Assembly: GCA_965215425.1 (NCBI GenBank) | Contig: OZ244064.1 | Location: forward strand, 1,116,095 to 1,180,094 | Reading direction: 5' to 3' | Origin: Dehalococcoidia bacterium | GTDB lineage: Bacteria > Chloroflexota > Dehalococcoidia > Lucifugimonadales > UBA3495 | Length of the DNA: 64,000 nt | In this document: one piece after another, positions 62,779 through 64,000 of the stretch | Layout: each line of letters starts with the position of its first letter | Numbering within the stretch: position 1 is the stretch's first letter | Translations under genes and position numbers: made by a program | The notes under the pieces: model-generated | What the model saw: the letters and a program-made list of their open reading frames with translations, nothing else | What the model was told of the DNA's origin: nothing | The model's database searches: none

Positions 62779-63597
62779 ATGCCGCAGCACGACTCCCCAA
62801 ACCACAACTCCCCGAGCAGCGCAGCGCAGCGGATGTTCGGCGCCCAGGCGCCGGCCTATGCTACCAGCCGGGTGCACGTCAGCGACGACCGGCTGACGGC
62901 CGTACGGCGGCTGGCGGCAGAATGGATGGCCGCCAACGGCGGCAACCGGGGGTGGGCCATCGACCTGGGAACCGGCGCCGGTTTCACCGCCTTTGCCGTG
63001 GCCGACTGCTGCCGGCGGGTGGTAGCCAGCGACATCACCCGGCCGATGCTGGAGCAGACCCGGCGCATCGGGCAGGAGCGACAGGTGTCCAATCTGTCGT
63101 TGACCCAGAACCGGGCCGAGGCCCTGCCCATCGCCGGCGAGTCCGTTGACCTGGTTACCTGCCGGGCCGCCGGCCACCATTTCACCGACCTGGGGGCCGC
63201 TCTGGACGAAATCCGGCGCATCCTCAAGCCCGGGGGCGCCCTGGTAATGGCCGACAGCGTTTCCCCAGATGATGCGGCGCTCCACGCTTGGCTGAATGAC
63301 GTGGAACTGCGGCGGGACTACAGCCACGTGGAAAACCGCCCGGTCTCCGTCCTGCTGCAAATGCTGACCGACCGGAATATGCGCATCCAGGTCCGGGAAC
63401 CGGAACAGACCCGGATGACTTTCAACGATTGGGTAGCCCGCACCGCCACGCCAGAGGATGAGGTGGTCTCCCTGCGCCGGGACTTTCTTAACGCCGCCCC
63501 GGCGGTCAAGGCAGCCTTCCAGATTCAGGAGCTCGATGGCGGGGCGGACCTCAGCTTTGCCTGGCCCTGCCTGATTTTCCGGGCGATTAAGGAGTAG
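62779..63597 (+). CDS. Class I SAM-dependent methyltransferase
   Basis: AIDLGTGAGFTAFAVA (motif I), VDLVTCRAAGHHF, LKPGGALVMAD. Confidence 0.8.
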   Translation: MPQHDSPNHNSPSSAAQRMFGAQAPAYATSRVHVSDDRLTAVRRLAAEWMAANGGNRGWAIDLGTGAGFTAFAVADCCRRVVASDITRPMLEQTRRIGQERQVSNLSLTQNRAEALPIAGESVDLVTCRAAGHHFTDLGAALDEIRRILKPGGALVMADSVSPDDAALHAWLNDVELRRDYSHVENRPVSVLLQMLTDRNMRIQVREPEQTRMTFNDWVARTATPEDEVVSLRRDFLNAAPAVKAAFQIQELDGGADLSFAWPCLIFRAIKE

Positions 63598-63609
63598 CCG
63601 GCTTGCCGG

Positions 63610-64000
63610 CTAGAACACCGCCGGCCCCGCCACGTTCACCCGCAGACGATACAGTCCCGTCCGGGCCGTAACGTAAATTGTCCGGTAGTCGGCGTCGCCA
63701 AAGCACAGGTTGGCCGGCAGTTGGGGAAACTCCACCGTCCCCAGGTGTTCCCCGGCCGGGGTAATCACCCACAGCCCGCCGGGGCCGGTTACGTACAGGT
63801 TGCCCTGGCGGTCCAGCTTCATCCCGTCCGGCCCGCCCCGGTCGGCCGAGTCCATATTCACCAGCGCCGAAGGCGCGCCCAGGCTCAGGTCGGGATTCAC
63901 CGGAAAGGCCAGCACGTGGCGGTTGCGGGAGTCGTCCACGTAGAGGATGGTCTCATCCATGGAAAAAGCCAGGCCGTTGGGCCGGTTCATCTCCCGGTAG
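63610..64000 (-). CDS. SMP-30/gluconolactonase/LRE-family protein; C-terminal part only, as the gene continues past the window edge
   Basis: RPNGLAFS...LYVDDS...PDGMKLD..GNLYV... Confidence 0.7.
   Translation of the reverse strand, partial: YREMNRPNGLAFSMDETILYVDDSRNRHVLAFPVNPDLSLGAPSALVNMDSADRGGPDGMKLDRQGNLYVTGPGGLWVITPAGEHLGTVEFPQLPANLCFGDADYRTIYVTARTGLYRLRVNVAGPAVF

Overview
All calls below come from reading the ORF track and the DNA by eye; no searches were run. The window is high-GC bacterial DNA. Its style (monoderm-type conjugation genes, AAGGAGG-like RBSs) suggests a Chloroflexota- or Actinomycetota-like host, but that taxon is only an inference.

Positions 1 to about 37.87 kb form one large integrative conjugative element (ICE). 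Its left end lies beyond the window.
- The minus-strand arm (39-17212) carries DNA-processing and establishment genes: a DUF2958 protein, a PRTRC ubiquitin-like/E1/JAB cassette, an SNF2 helicase with an orphan N6-methyltransferase, RadC, SSB, a Cas4-like nuclease, a TSCPD protein, a Rad52-type annealing protein and a DnaG-type primase. It also holds an 830-bp ORF-free, highly structured region.
- A control region at 17213-17600 contains 23-bp direct repeats and a perfect 44-bp palindrome.
- The plus-strand arm (17601-29041) carries a minimal type IV secretion system (two small pilins, TrbL/VirB6-like, PrgI-like, VirB4, coupling protein) and a replication-relaxation family protein.
- Cargo at 29.3-36 kb includes a frameshifted HEPN-like pair, a lower-GC truncated type III Res fragment behind an AT-rich palindrome, four tandem paralogous small HTH genes, an Xre/ImmA pair and an Mrr-like nuclease.
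- The element ends with an RHH gene coupled to a large serine recombinase, whose ORF runs antisense into tRNA-Met (CAT).

Positions 38-64 kb look like ordinary chromosome. They encode two family III CoA-transferases, an LRR protein, an HpcH-type aldolase, MaoC-type hydratases, a PfkB kinase, an FMN-dependent hydroxyacid dehydrogenase, lepB, a Gfo/Idh/MocA oxidoreductase, tag, rplI-dnaB-dnaD-like followed by a tandem-AAA+ DnaC-like loader, tenA, a CoA-transferase A subunit and others. Several intergenic gaps contain 59-74 bp tandem minisatellites.

The best candidates for something new are the ORF-free structured region (15551-16381), the PRTRC ubiquitin-like cassette in a leading-region context, the four-paralog HTH array, and the AT-rich palindrome that shares an operator-like 12-mer.
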